Source: Clostridia bacterium (GTDB taxonomy: Bacteria; Bacillota; Clostridia; Christensenellales; CAAEEZ01). From it: a DNA stretch of 64,000 bases. The position numbers and the translations under genes were made by a program. Below, one piece after another: positions 28,480 to 37,979 of this stretch (position 1 is the stretch's first letter; each line of letters begins with the position of its first letter). The notes under the pieces are model-generated. The model was not told the origin of the DNA and searched no databases. It was given only the letters and a program-made list of their open reading frames with translations. The stretch is taken from contig CAAEEZ010000016.1 in the NCBI GenBank assembly GCA_900755035.1, forward strand, positions 172,873-236,872, given 5' to 3'.

Positions 28480-29148
28480 ATGGCAAAGAATATTTTACAA
28501 GAGCCGTCCAAAAATTTTAACGATACGATAGCGTTATTTGCAAGTGGAATCGAAGGTTTTTTCGACGGACAAATAGCAAAAGAAACGATATACGTAAAAG
28601 GTGGCACTAAAAACTTAAACGGCGACGTTATGCTTGCCGAGATTAAAATTGCGACGAAACTTAAACAGTCTAGCGATTATTATAGGGAATACGACGAGGA
28701 AAATTCCACGCACTTAGTGCGCCAAACAAACGTATGTAAGGATAGTTTCGTTAGTGGCAAAAACTTTATCGGGCATAAAACCACCTTTAAGGAAAAACAA
28801 AGCGTGGAGATAAGGTTAGAGCCAAACGATAAAGCAATTTACGGTGGGGATAAACATTGTATCGCAGCCGTGATAAAACACCTAGGCGTTGGAGTAGGGC
28901 TTTCGATAAATACCGACGGCGTGCCTACATATAAAAAGAATAAAATCAAGATAGACGGTGCAAGCAAGGTGGAAATATTTATCAAGGTAACTACGGGGCT
29001 TAACCCGATAAGTCAAAAAAGAGAAACCGACGAAAATAGACTGCTTGAAAATTTGCGTGGACAAATGTATTTAATGGAGTCCGAACTTTTCGACGTATTA
29101 AAAATGAAACACTTAATGGATATAGATAAACTGAAAATTATGGAGTAA
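28480..29148 (+). CDS. Hypothetical protein
   Basis: 222-aa ORF, tightly followed by the M20 gene; no motif recognised. Confidence 0.45.
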   Translation: MAKNILQEPSKNFNDTIALFASGIEGFFDGQIAKETIYVKGGTKNLNGDVMLAEIKIATKLKQSSDYYREYDEENSTHLVRQTNVCKDSFVSGKNFIGHKTTFKEKQSVEIRLEPNDKAIYGGDKHCIAAVIKHLGVGVGLSINTDGVPTYKKNKIKIDGASKVEIFIKVTTGLNPISQKRETDENRLLENLRGQMYLMESELFDVLKMKHLMDIDKLKIME

Positions 29149-29151
29149 GAG

Positions 29152-30557
29152 ATGTTATTAACTAGGGCAATACTTGCAAAAAACAAAAGAACGACGAAGG
29201 ATTTACCAAACGTAAACGTGGACGAAACTACGCTAAACGAATACGTAAGAAAACTAAGAAGAATGTTGGAGTGCAAAACCGTTTTTGACGTAAATAATTA
29301 CGACGACAGGGAGTTTGCTAAGTTTAGAGAAGTATTAAAGCAGGAATTTCCAAACGTGAACGAAAAATGCACGCTAACGCTATTTGGTAGTGGCTGTATC
29401 GTGTACAAATTAGCGGGTAAAAACGCAACGAAAAATATAATGCTGATGAGTCATCACGACGTGGTTGCAGCAAGCGATAATTGGACGTACGACCCGTTCG
29501 GCGCAGAAATTCACGACGGGAAAATATACGCGCGTGGCGCAATAGATACCAAAACGCCGTTGTTTGGCGAATTACAAGCCTTGGAAGAACTTATTGGCGA
29601 AGGCTACGAATTCCCCGTAAACGTGTATATCGCATCTTCAAACAACGAAGAAATTTGCGGGGACGGAATAGTAAAGGCTGTAAAGTATTTTGAGGAAAAC
29701 GGCATATACTTCGACTTCGTTATCGACGAAGGCGGAGCAATAATAGAAGGTATGATGCCCGGGGTAAAAGGCTACTCGGCTATGGTTGCCGTTCACGAAA
29801 AGGGTAGGCATACCTTTAAGTTAACTGCAAAAAAGGACGTAGCAATGGACGGCGGACACTCGGGACTAACTTGTAAAAGCGACAACCCTATCGTTAGAAT
29901 GAGCGAGTTTATTGCCGAGATAGAAAAGGTTAAGTGGAAGGTAAAATGTACGACGAAGTACGCCAAACGTTTATAGCGTCAGCCCCGTATATGAGCCTTC
30001 AGTATAGATATTTGTTTTATAATATCGACTTTTTCAAGGGCTTACTACTTAAAATTATGCCAAAGTTTAGCCCGACGGTATCGGCAATGTTAGGTAACAG
30101 CGTGTCGTTTACAAATATAAACGGCAACGGAATCTATAATATGGTGCAAACCAAAGAAGTAACGGCAACGGCGTTTTTTAGGTGCGTAAGAGAAGAGGAC
30201 CTGTACGAAGAGGTGGCAAAGTTTACCGAAATTGCCAAGAAGTATAATATTACGGTAGAGGCGGATATAAAGGACTTTTGTCAGCCTGCAAGTTACAAAA
30301 ACGAGCAGTACGCTTTAATAGAAAAAACGGTTAGTGAAATTTTCCCTAGCGTGAACGTTGCGCCGTTCTTACTTACGGCAGGTAGCGACGCTAGAAGGTT
30401 TACTACGGTAGCAAAAAATATTTATCGATTTGCTCCGCTTGTCGTAACGAGCGAGCAATTTAAGACCATTCACCAAGACGACGAAAATATCAGCGCAAAC
30501 AACGTTGGCGAAGTGGTATGTTTTTACAAAAGATTACTAAAATCTTACGAGGCGTAA
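29152..30557 (+). pseudogene. M20/M25/M40-family metallopeptidase/deacylase, split by an apparent 1-nt frameshift
   Basis: ORF 29152-29976 carries MSHHDVV…RGAIDTK… (M20 metal-binding motifs). ORF 29934-30557, in frame -1, carries the M20 C-terminus. The shift must lie in 29934-29976, where an A4 run sits at 29943-29946. Confidence 0.7.
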
Positions 30558-30558
30558 T

Positions 30559-32133
30559 ATGGCTAAAATTAACGTAATACCAAAACCACAACAAATAGAA
30601 GAAAGAGAAGGCACGTTTTCCTTTGACAAAAAAATCACCGTATCGGGTGATTATACCGACAACTTAAAATTAGCAGTAACCAATCTATTGTTGCCTTTTG
30701 CGGGCAAAGAAGTAGAGTTTTTGAAATGGGGCGGAATAATCGATTTTGTAACGGCTAATATAGTAGACGAAGGATACGTATTAGATATCGACGAAAAAAT
30801 CAAGATATCGGCAGGTAGCGAAGCAGGTTTTTACTATGCGCTGCAAACGCTAAAACAACTACTGCAAGAAAACCCCGACGAACTGCCAAAACTGAAAATA
30901 GACGACTATCCAAGGTTTAGTTACCGTAGTTTTATGCTAGACGTAGCAAGATATTATTATCCCGTAACCGATATTAAAAAATTGATAGACGTAATCGCTA
31001 TGCTTAAACTTAACTATTTGCATTTGCATCTAACAGAGGACCAAGGTTGGAGGGTGCAAATAGACCGTTATCCGCTACTTACCGAAAAGGGTAGCAAGCG
31101 TAGCCATACTAATTTTAACAACAAACCGCACGAAGGCTTTTACACAAAGCAGGATATAAAGGAAATAGTGGATTATGCAAGGCAAAAATACGTAAAAGTA
31201 GTGCCGGAAATAGATATGCCTGGGCATATGGTGTCTGCTATCAGTTGCTACAAACACTTAGGTTGTTTCGATAGGGAAATAGAGGTTGCAACCCATTGGG
31301 GCGTAAAACACGATATACTTTGCGCAGGCAAAAACAGTACTATGGAATTTGTAAAGGGCGTACTTGACGAGATATTCGAAATGTTCCCGGACGGCTACGT
31401 ACACATAGGTGGCGACGAAGCAGTTAAAACTAGGTGGAACTTATGTCCTAATTGCAAAAAGAAGATGGACGAACTTGGGGTGGATGCAAACGGCTTGCAA
31501 AGTTATTTTATGAACGAAGTAGCCTCTTACGTAAAGGAAAACGGCAAAACGGCAATAGTATGGAACGAGGAAAAACCCGACGAAATATTGTCAAGGGACG
31601 TAATTTGGAATTACTATATGTTTGGAAAAGAGCAGGAAGAAGCGATGGTTAGCGAAGTAAATGCGGGCAGAAAAATGATAAACGTACAAAGCGACGCATA
31701 TTATTTTGATTTGCCTTACCACGACGTACCACTAAGAAGGACTTACGAAACCGAGCCGATATTAAAGGGAATAACTAAGCCTGAGAACGTACTAGGCGTA
31801 GAGGGTGATTTGTGGACGGAGTACGTAAAGAATATGACGGTTGCCGTTAAAAAGAGTTTTCCAAGAACCTTTGCAATGGCAGAAACTGCGTGGACAAACG
31901 CCGAAAACAAAGATTACGACGACTTCTTAACTAGGTTAAAACCTGCTGAGGATATAGTTAGGGAAATAACCAAAGTAAAACCAACCAGCGTGAAAAAGGC
32001 AACGCCAAACAAGGCAAAGGCTTTAATGCAAAAGATTTGGTTTGAAAAAAGACAGCTTACTTGGGAAGGTATAAAAATACTAAGAGAAAATGCAAAGATA
32101 GAAAAAATGGTAAAAAAGGGGAAAAAGGTATAA
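30559..32133 (+). CDS. GH20 beta-N-acetylhexosaminidase
   Basis: …RSFMLDVARYY…LHLHLTEDQGWR…EIDMPGH…HIGGDE… (catalytic D-E pair). Confidence 0.9.
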   Translation: MAKINVIPKPQQIEEREGTFSFDKKITVSGDYTDNLKLAVTNLLLPFAGKEVEFLKWGGIIDFVTANIVDEGYVLDIDEKIKISAGSEAGFYYALQTLKQLLQENPDELPKLKIDDYPRFSYRSFMLDVARYYYPVTDIKKLIDVIAMLKLNYLHLHLTEDQGWRVQIDRYPLLTEKGSKRSHTNFNNKPHEGFYTKQDIKEIVDYARQKYVKVVPEIDMPGHMVSAISCYKHLGCFDREIEVATHWGVKHDILCAGKNSTMEFVKGVLDEIFEMFPDGYVHIGGDEAVKTRWNLCPNCKKKMDELGVDANGLQSYFMNEVASYVKENGKTAIVWNEEKPDEILSRDVIWNYYMFGKEQEEAMVSEVNAGRKMINVQSDAYYFDLPYHDVPLRRTYETEPILKGITKPENVLGVEGDLWTEYVKNMTVAVKKSFPRTFAMAETAWTNAENKDYDDFLTRLKPAEDIVREITKVKPTSVKKATPNKAKALMQKIWFEKRQLTWEGIKILRENAKIEKMVKKGKKV

Positions 32134-32856
32134 ATGGGAAAAAGTGAGGAAAAACAAGAAAAAGTAAGCGTATTCAAAACTTTGCAGAGGTTAGGATATA
32201 TCGTATTTAATATGCTGTACGTATCGGCTTTCGTAGCCTATTCGGCAATCAGCATTTATTCGAAAAATCAAACGATAGCGTGGCTTCCGTACGTAATTAT
32301 CGCAATGAGCGTAATTTACTTTATATCCTTTGTGGTTACGCTACTTGTAGGTAATAAGCGAGAAGTAAAAGCAAACGTAAAAAACTACAAAAGTTCCTTA
32401 AAAATATTCAAAAAGTTATTAAAATTGTCGAACTTAGCGCTATCCGTAATGATGATTACGAATACGGTATTATACGATAAGGACAGTTTGTTTTCGTTCG
32501 TTTTAGCGGCAGTATCCTTGCCGTTAGTAGTACTACAAATCGTTACAGAGATTGTGAAAATGGTAAAACGACGCAAGAAAATGAAAATCAAACAAGAAAA
32601 AGAGGATCTAAAAAACGATTACGTTAGCGACGTGAAGGAAATTGCAACGACTGCCTTTACTCAAACGGAAGAAAACGAGGAAGTTAAGAGAGAAAAGATA
32701 GTACAAAAAGGGAAAATCAATACGGAAGAAGTAAAAAATAGAATTAAAGAAGCCGACCAAAAAATAAACGCCGTAGCAGGTGGCGTGGAAAAGTTGCAAC
32801 AACGAACGAAACAGTACAGCGACGACAAGAAAAACGTAGGCAAGAAAAAGAAATAG
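32134..32856 (+). CDS. Membrane protein with K/E-rich tail
   Basis: 240 aa, four TM-like segments then a charged low-complexity tail; directly abuts the GH20 stop. Confidence 0.45.
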   Translation: MGKSEEKQEKVSVFKTLQRLGYIVFNMLYVSAFVAYSAISIYSKNQTIAWLPYVIIAMSVIYFISFVVTLLVGNKREVKANVKNYKSSLKIFKKLLKLSNLALSVMMITNTVLYDKDSLFSFVLAAVSLPLVVLQIVTEIVKMVKRRKKMKIKQEKEDLKNDYVSDVKEIATTAFTQTEENEEVKREKIVQKGKINTEEVKNRIKEADQKINAVAGGVEKLQQRTKQYSDDKKNVGKKKK

Positions 32857-32924
32857 AAAATAGCGAACGATTATGTGTTCGCTGTTGTAGTTTATAGGAG
32901 AATAAATAGTGCTTAATATAAGAT

Positions 32925-33353
32925 ATGCAACAAAAAAACGACGTAGATAGGTGGCTTATACTAGATAAACATATAAGTAAAGACGTGCTTTTTAATAAGA
33001 TTGAACGAAAGGAAGCGTACGTGTTAACGGAAAACGAAGTGGTGATAGGGGTGCTAAGATATGGTTTGTTTTGGTATAGCGTGCCGTTTTGCAATATGCT
33101 GTACGTAGACGAGAATTACCAAAAAAACGGATACGGAACATGGCTTGTTAAACGGTTTGAAAAGGATATGAAGAAGTTTGGTTACGACGTAGTACTTACA
33201 TCTACAAGGGTGGACGAAACGGCTCAATTTTTTTATAGGAAATTGGGGTATAAAGATTGTGGCGGTTTGCTATTTGAAACTACTAAAGAAAAGCAACCTA
33301 CGGAGTTGTTCTTGATAAAAGAACTTAAAACGGATATAGGTGATTATGGATAA
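32925..33353 (+). CDS. GNAT-family N-acetyltransferase
   Basis: 142 aa; …YQKNGYGTWLVKRFE… (acetyl-CoA Q/R-x-x-G-x-G/A motif). Confidence 0.75.
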   Translation: MQQKNDVDRWLILDKHISKDVLFNKIERKEAYVLTENEVVIGVLRYGLFWYSVPFCNMLYVDENYQKNGYGTWLVKRFEKDMKKFGYDVVLTSTRVDETAQFFYRKLGYKDCGGLLFETTKEKQPTELFLIKELKTDIGDYG

Positions 33354-35760
33354 ACTAAAATCGAAACTGATAAATATAATAAACGTGATAAACGACAAAA
33401 GCGTAGCGCAAAAATCTAGTAACGTAATGGGCGAGAAAAAGCCGTTTGGCAATATGCCTGCTTTAACTAGGCAGGTGGCAACGGAAGGCGCAGTGTTACT
33501 AGAAAACGACGGGGTATTGCCACTTAAAAATAGCGATAAAGTAGCGCTACTTGGCAGGTGTCAAATAAACTACTTTTACGTAGGCTACGGCAGTGGCGGG
33601 GACGTCAATCCGCCGTATTTGGTAAACGTTAAAGACGGTATGCAAAATCACGGGATAAATTTAGATAAAAATATCCTTGACTATTACGAGAAATGGACAA
33701 AGAAAAACAAGGTGGTAAAAGGAGCGTGGGGGTTGTGGCCAACTTGCTACGACGAAGCGCCGTTACCAAGCGACCTAATTGACGAAGCGACAAAAACCTG
33801 CAACGTATGCGTAGTGGTGATAGGTAGGGCGGCAGGCGAAGACAGGGACAACGAACTAGCCAAGGGTAGTTATTACCTAACCGACGAAGAAAGGGCTATG
33901 CTTAGCCAAGCCGAAAAGTTCAATAAGACCGTAGTAATAGTAAATAGTGGCAATATTATAGATTTAAGTTGGGTAAAAGAATATCACGTATCTGCTTTGC
34001 TGTACGTATGGCAAGGGGGTAGCGAAAGTGGAAACGCAATAGCCGATTTGTTATGTGGAAACGTCAGCCCGTCGGGGCGTCTTACCGATACGATAGCCTA
34101 TAATTACGAAGATTATCCAAGTAGCAAGAATTTTGGAGGTAAGGAGTTTAACGTTTATAAGGAAGATATTTTCGTTGGATACAAATATTTCGAAACTTTC
34201 AACAAAAATGCCGTACTTTATCCGTTTGGTTACGGGCTAAGTTATGGCATGTTTGATTTTAAGGACGTGGAGTTTAGTTTTATAGAAAACGAAGTAACCG
34301 TTAGGTGTAAAATTAAAAACGTAGGTAACGTTAAGGCAAAAGAAGTGGCGCAACTTTACCTATCTGCTCCACAAGGTAAACTAGGCAAGGCAACTAGGGA
34401 ATTAGTCGCTTTTTGTAAAACAACCGAGTTAGAGGCAGGCGAAGAAGAAAGCGTAGTACTTACGGCAAATTACGATGCTTTTGCTTCTTTTGACGACGTG
34501 GGAGCAGTTTGCAAAAACGCTTTCGTTTTGGAAAAGGGCAGGTACGAATTTTATTTAGGCAAGGACGTACGCTCGGCAGTTTTGGTTGGTAATTTCGATC
34601 TGAAAGACGACGTAATTTTGGGAAAGGTAACGGGCATTTCTGCCGTAAACGAAGAGTTTGAAAGAGTGGTCGCAGTTGAAAAGGACGGTGAATTACGCTT
34701 AGATTACGCCACCGTAAAAGCCGAAGAAAACACCCTAAAACAAAGAATTTTGGCAAATATACCTAAATTTACGGGCAAAGGTGGCAATTACAAGTGGCAA
34801 AACGTGGTAAACGGCGAGTGCAGTATAGACGATTTTATATCGGGCTTGTCATTGGACGAACTAGAAGCCTTGACAAGAGGTCAGGGCAAAATGGACAGCG
34901 AATACGGAGTGAAAGGCAACGCAGGAGCGTTTGGGGGTATTACTAAAAAACTAAGAGAAAAAGGCGTACCTGCCGTAATTACAACGGACGGACCTAGTGG
35001 AATAAGGGTAAGTTATTATACCACTTTAATGCCGTGTGGTACGGCTATTGCGTGCAGTTTTAACGAAAAACTTGTCGAGCAACTTGGTGAAGAAACGGGT
35101 AAGGAAATGAGATTTAGGACTGCGGACGTACTACTTGCCCCAGGAATGAATATCCACAGAAACCCTTTGTGCGGTAGAAATTTCGAGTATTTTTCCGAAG
35201 ATTCTTTTTTAACGGGCAAAATCGCAGCGGCACAAATTCGTGGCATACAGAAAAGTGGGTTAAGTGCTTGCCCTAAACATTTTGCTTGCAATAATCAGGA
35301 GCAATATAGGACAACGAATAATTCAGTAGTATCGCAAAGGGCGCTAAGGGAAACGTATCTAAAAGGTTTTCAAATAGCCGTAAAAGAAGGGAAGCCTAAC
35401 GTAATTATGACTAGTTACAACAAAATAAACGGGGTGTGGAGCCACTATAATTACGACCTTGCTACCGAGGTACTTCGCAACGAGTGGGGTTTTGACGGCG
35501 TGGTAATTACGGATTGGTGGATGAGAAAAGCGTCTAGTCCGGAGTTTCCTACCGTTAAGGATAATGCCTACCGTGTAAGGTCGGGCGTGGACGTACTTAT
35601 GCCGGGTGGAATAAAACGCCTAGAAAAAAGTTACAAGTCCGACGGTACGTTGCTAAGCGGCGTAGATACCCCTAACGGTATATGCAAGGAAGAAATTATT
35701 CGGTCGGCAAAGGCAGTGCTTTCGCTAATATTAAAATTACAAAAGCCTAGTGTAGATTAG
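33346..35760 (+). CDS. GH3 glycosidase with permuted domain order (C-domain, Fn3-like, then catalytic N-domain)
   Basis: …VLLENDGVLPL… and FGYGLSYG (GH3 C-domain) come first; KHFACNNQE and GFDGVVITDWW (nucleophile Asp) are at the C-terminus. Confidence 0.85.
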   Translation: MDKLKSKLINIINVINDKSVAQKSSNVMGEKKPFGNMPALTRQVATEGAVLLENDGVLPLKNSDKVALLGRCQINYFYVGYGSGGDVNPPYLVNVKDGMQNHGINLDKNILDYYEKWTKKNKVVKGAWGLWPTCYDEAPLPSDLIDEATKTCNVCVVVIGRAAGEDRDNELAKGSYYLTDEERAMLSQAEKFNKTVVIVNSGNIIDLSWVKEYHVSALLYVWQGGSESGNAIADLLCGNVSPSGRLTDTIAYNYEDYPSSKNFGGKEFNVYKEDIFVGYKYFETFNKNAVLYPFGYGLSYGMFDFKDVEFSFIENEVTVRCKIKNVGNVKAKEVAQLYLSAPQGKLGKATRELVAFCKTTELEAGEEESVVLTANYDAFASFDDVGAVCKNAFVLEKGRYEFYLGKDVRSAVLVGNFDLKDDVILGKVTGISAVNEEFERVVAVEKDGELRLDYATVKAEENTLKQRILANIPKFTGKGGNYKWQNVVNGECSIDDFISGLSLDELEALTRGQGKMDSEYGVKGNAGAFGGITKKLREKGVPAVITTDGPSGIRVSYYTTLMPCGTAIACSFNEKLVEQLGEETGKEMRFRTADVLLAPGMNIHRNPLCGRNFEYFSEDSFLTGKIAAAQIRGIQKSGLSACPKHFACNNQEQYRTTNNSVVSQRALRETYLKGFQIAVKEGKPNVIMTSYNKINGVWSHYNYDLATEVLRNEWGFDGVVITDWWMRKASSPEFPTVKDNAYRVRSGVDVLMPGGIKRLEKSYKSDGTLLSGVDTPNGICKEEIIRSAKAVLSLILKLQKPSVD

Positions 35761-35871
35761 GCTTTCAATAGGTTTTTTTAGATACGATATTTGTAATTAA
35801 ACAGGCATATAATTAGTAATAATAGGTAAATAATTTTTCAGTAAAAAACAATAAAATTAGAAAAAAGTTTT

Positions 35872-35897
35872 AGGCGAGCGTATGCTCGCTTTTTTTG
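35872..35897 (+). terminator. Rho-independent terminator (end of core chromosome block)
   Basis: gcgagc/gctcgc stem plus T7. Confidence 0.7.
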
Positions 35898-36060
35898 TTT
35901 ATAGCGTTTAAGGTTGCGTATATTGACAATATCGTTGCATGCCTACCTATAATATGATATAATTATGATCATCTAATATTCTATATAAAATCGGTGAGGT
36001 TGTAAAAGGCCTTAAATGTAGAAATTCTATTTGTACATTAAACTCAAAGGAGCACGAATT

Positions 36061-37977
36061 GTGGAAAGACTAAATGATATACTTGTAAATCTATTAAAAA
36101 CGGATAGCCGTTATTTTACGGACGAAGGCGAACTTCTTAAAAATGCCGTTTATGAAGACGCTATGAAAATGGAAACTTCGCTTATAAAATTATTGCTTTC
36201 AGATGATACCTGCAAAGCACGTTTCTTTACGGAAGTTGACGGCGTTTTAGTATTTGATAAAGTCGGCTTTGGCTGGGTAATCAATAATCGTCAGTTTTTA
36301 CCGGATTCATTCACACGCTATAAGAATAAAATTGGACTTGTCGATAATAACGGCGAGTTTCTTTCGTCATCGGATAATGTTGTTTTAGCATTTCCGTACA
36401 AAGATTGCGTTTTAGAGTTTGACAGTACGGATGAAAATGAGAAGCGTACTGAAATTTTTTATAACGAAACATTATGCCACGACGATATAGATCATTTATT
36501 CAATAGAAAAGTATTTTCCAACGCACAACGACACACGAAAACAGGTATAGAAAACATAACAACCTTTAATGATGAGAATCTTGTAATTAAGGGTAATAAT
36601 TTACTTTCTTTATATTCTTTGCTCGATAAATACGCTGGAAAAATAAAGTGTATGTATTGGGATATACTTTATAACACGGAAAACGACCAAGTTCCCTACA
36701 ATGATAGTTTTAAGCACTCATCTTGGCTGACTATGATGAAAAATCGTTTAGAAGTAGCTAAAAAACTATTGCGCACCGACGGTGTTATTTGTTTGCAATG
36801 CGATGATAACGAAATGGCTTATTTGAAAGTCTTATGTGATGAACTTTTCGGTAGGGAAGCATTTATCAATTGTATTTGTATTAAATCTTCCGAAGCGAGT
36901 GGCACAAAAATGGCACACGTTGAAAAAAAATTTCCTAAAATAAAAGATTATTTGCTTGTGTATAAGTCAAATCCTTCTGCTTTAATCCATATTAAACCTA
37001 TTAAAGTTGACAATACTGAAAATATATATGATTTTATTGAATATGCAAAATATTATACTAAAATTATTACAAATCCAAACGCTCCTGTAAATCAGTGGAA
37101 TATTGTTTCCATAAAAGATTATATAAAAAACGAGAAATTGAGCATAAATGTCAATAACGATATTGAATTAACAAAATTCAAATTGGATAATGCAGATAGA
37201 ATAGTGTATAGAACAAATAATAAGTCTTTTAGTAAATATCATTTTAATACAGCAACTGAAGAAATTATTTCGCCAAACGGTATTCGCTATATTTGGTGGG
37301 AAGGAAAGCAAATGCTGTTTTTGTCAGAATATACAAGTACATATCTGTGTGATATTTGGAGTGATATTAGTACAATAAATCTAAACAAAGAAGGAAATGT
37401 CCAACTTCCAAATGGTAAAAAACCCGAATCGTTATTAAGACGTATCATATATGCATTTACCAATGAAAATGATTACGTTTTAGATGCATACTTTGGTACA
37501 GGAACAACGGGTGCAGTTGCATTAAAAATGAATAGAAAGTTTATTGGTTTAGAGCAACTTAATTCTCATTACGAAAAATGCAAACACCGTTTAACAGAAG
37601 TCATAAACGGCGATACTTCGGGAATCTCAAGCGAAGTAAATTGGCAAGGTGGTGGCTCGTTTGTTTCGGTTGAATTAAAAACGCTTAATCAAGTTTTTGT
37701 GGAAGCAATACAATCGGCAGCAAACGATGAGCAACTTGCAAGCGTTTGGGCTAAAATGCGTGAAAGTGGTTTTATTAGCAGTTACGTAAATCCGAAAGAT
37801 ATAAATACCGAAGCTGAAGATTTTAACACCCTTTCTTTTGACGATAAAAAAAGACTGTTCCTTGCTATTTTGGATAAAAATATGCTTTACGTAAACTATT
37901 GTGATATCGACGACGAAACCTACGATATATCAGAAGCAGATAAGGCATTCACAAACAGTTTCTATAAGGAGTCGTAA
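36061..37977 (+). CDS. mod: Type III R-M methyltransferase (Mod), beta-class, atypical motif IV
   Basis: Motif I LDAYFGTGTTG near the C-terminus; the motif IV position reads WDILYNT instead of IDPPYNT; GTG start at 36061 lies 8 nt after aaggag. Confidence 0.75.
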   Translation: MERLNDILVNLLKTDSRYFTDEGELLKNAVYEDAMKMETSLIKLLLSDDTCKARFFTEVDGVLVFDKVGFGWVINNRQFLPDSFTRYKNKIGLVDNNGEFLSSSDNVVLAFPYKDCVLEFDSTDENEKRTEIFYNETLCHDDIDHLFNRKVFSNAQRHTKTGIENITTFNDENLVIKGNNLLSLYSLLDKYAGKIKCMYWDILYNTENDQVPYNDSFKHSSWLTMMKNRLEVAKKLLRTDGVICLQCDDNEMAYLKVLCDELFGREAFINCICIKSSEASGTKMAHVEKKFPKIKDYLLVYKSNPSALIHIKPIKVDNTENIYDFIEYAKYYTKIITNPNAPVNQWNIVSIKDYIKNEKLSINVNNDIELTKFKLDNADRIVYRTNNKSFSKYHFNTATEEIISPNGIRYIWWEGKQMLFLSEYTSTYLCDIWSDISTINLNKEGNVQLPNGKKPESLLRRIIYAFTNENDYVLDAYFGTGTTGAVALKMNRKFIGLEQLNSHYEKCKHRLTEVINGDTSGISSEVNWQGGGSFVSVELKTLNQVFVEAIQSAANDEQLASVWAKMRESGFISSYVNPKDINTEAEDFNTLSFDDKKRLFLAILDKNMLYVNYCDIDDETYDISEADKAFTNSFYKES

Positions 37978-37979
37978 TT

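Noticed and set aside
36017-36030. Shared 8-mers (tgtagaaa, aattctat) between 36017-36030 and 51428-51447 as possible att sites
   Set aside because: The two 8-mers occur in swapped order, are short and AT-rich, and are within chance expectation. No extended alignment exists.
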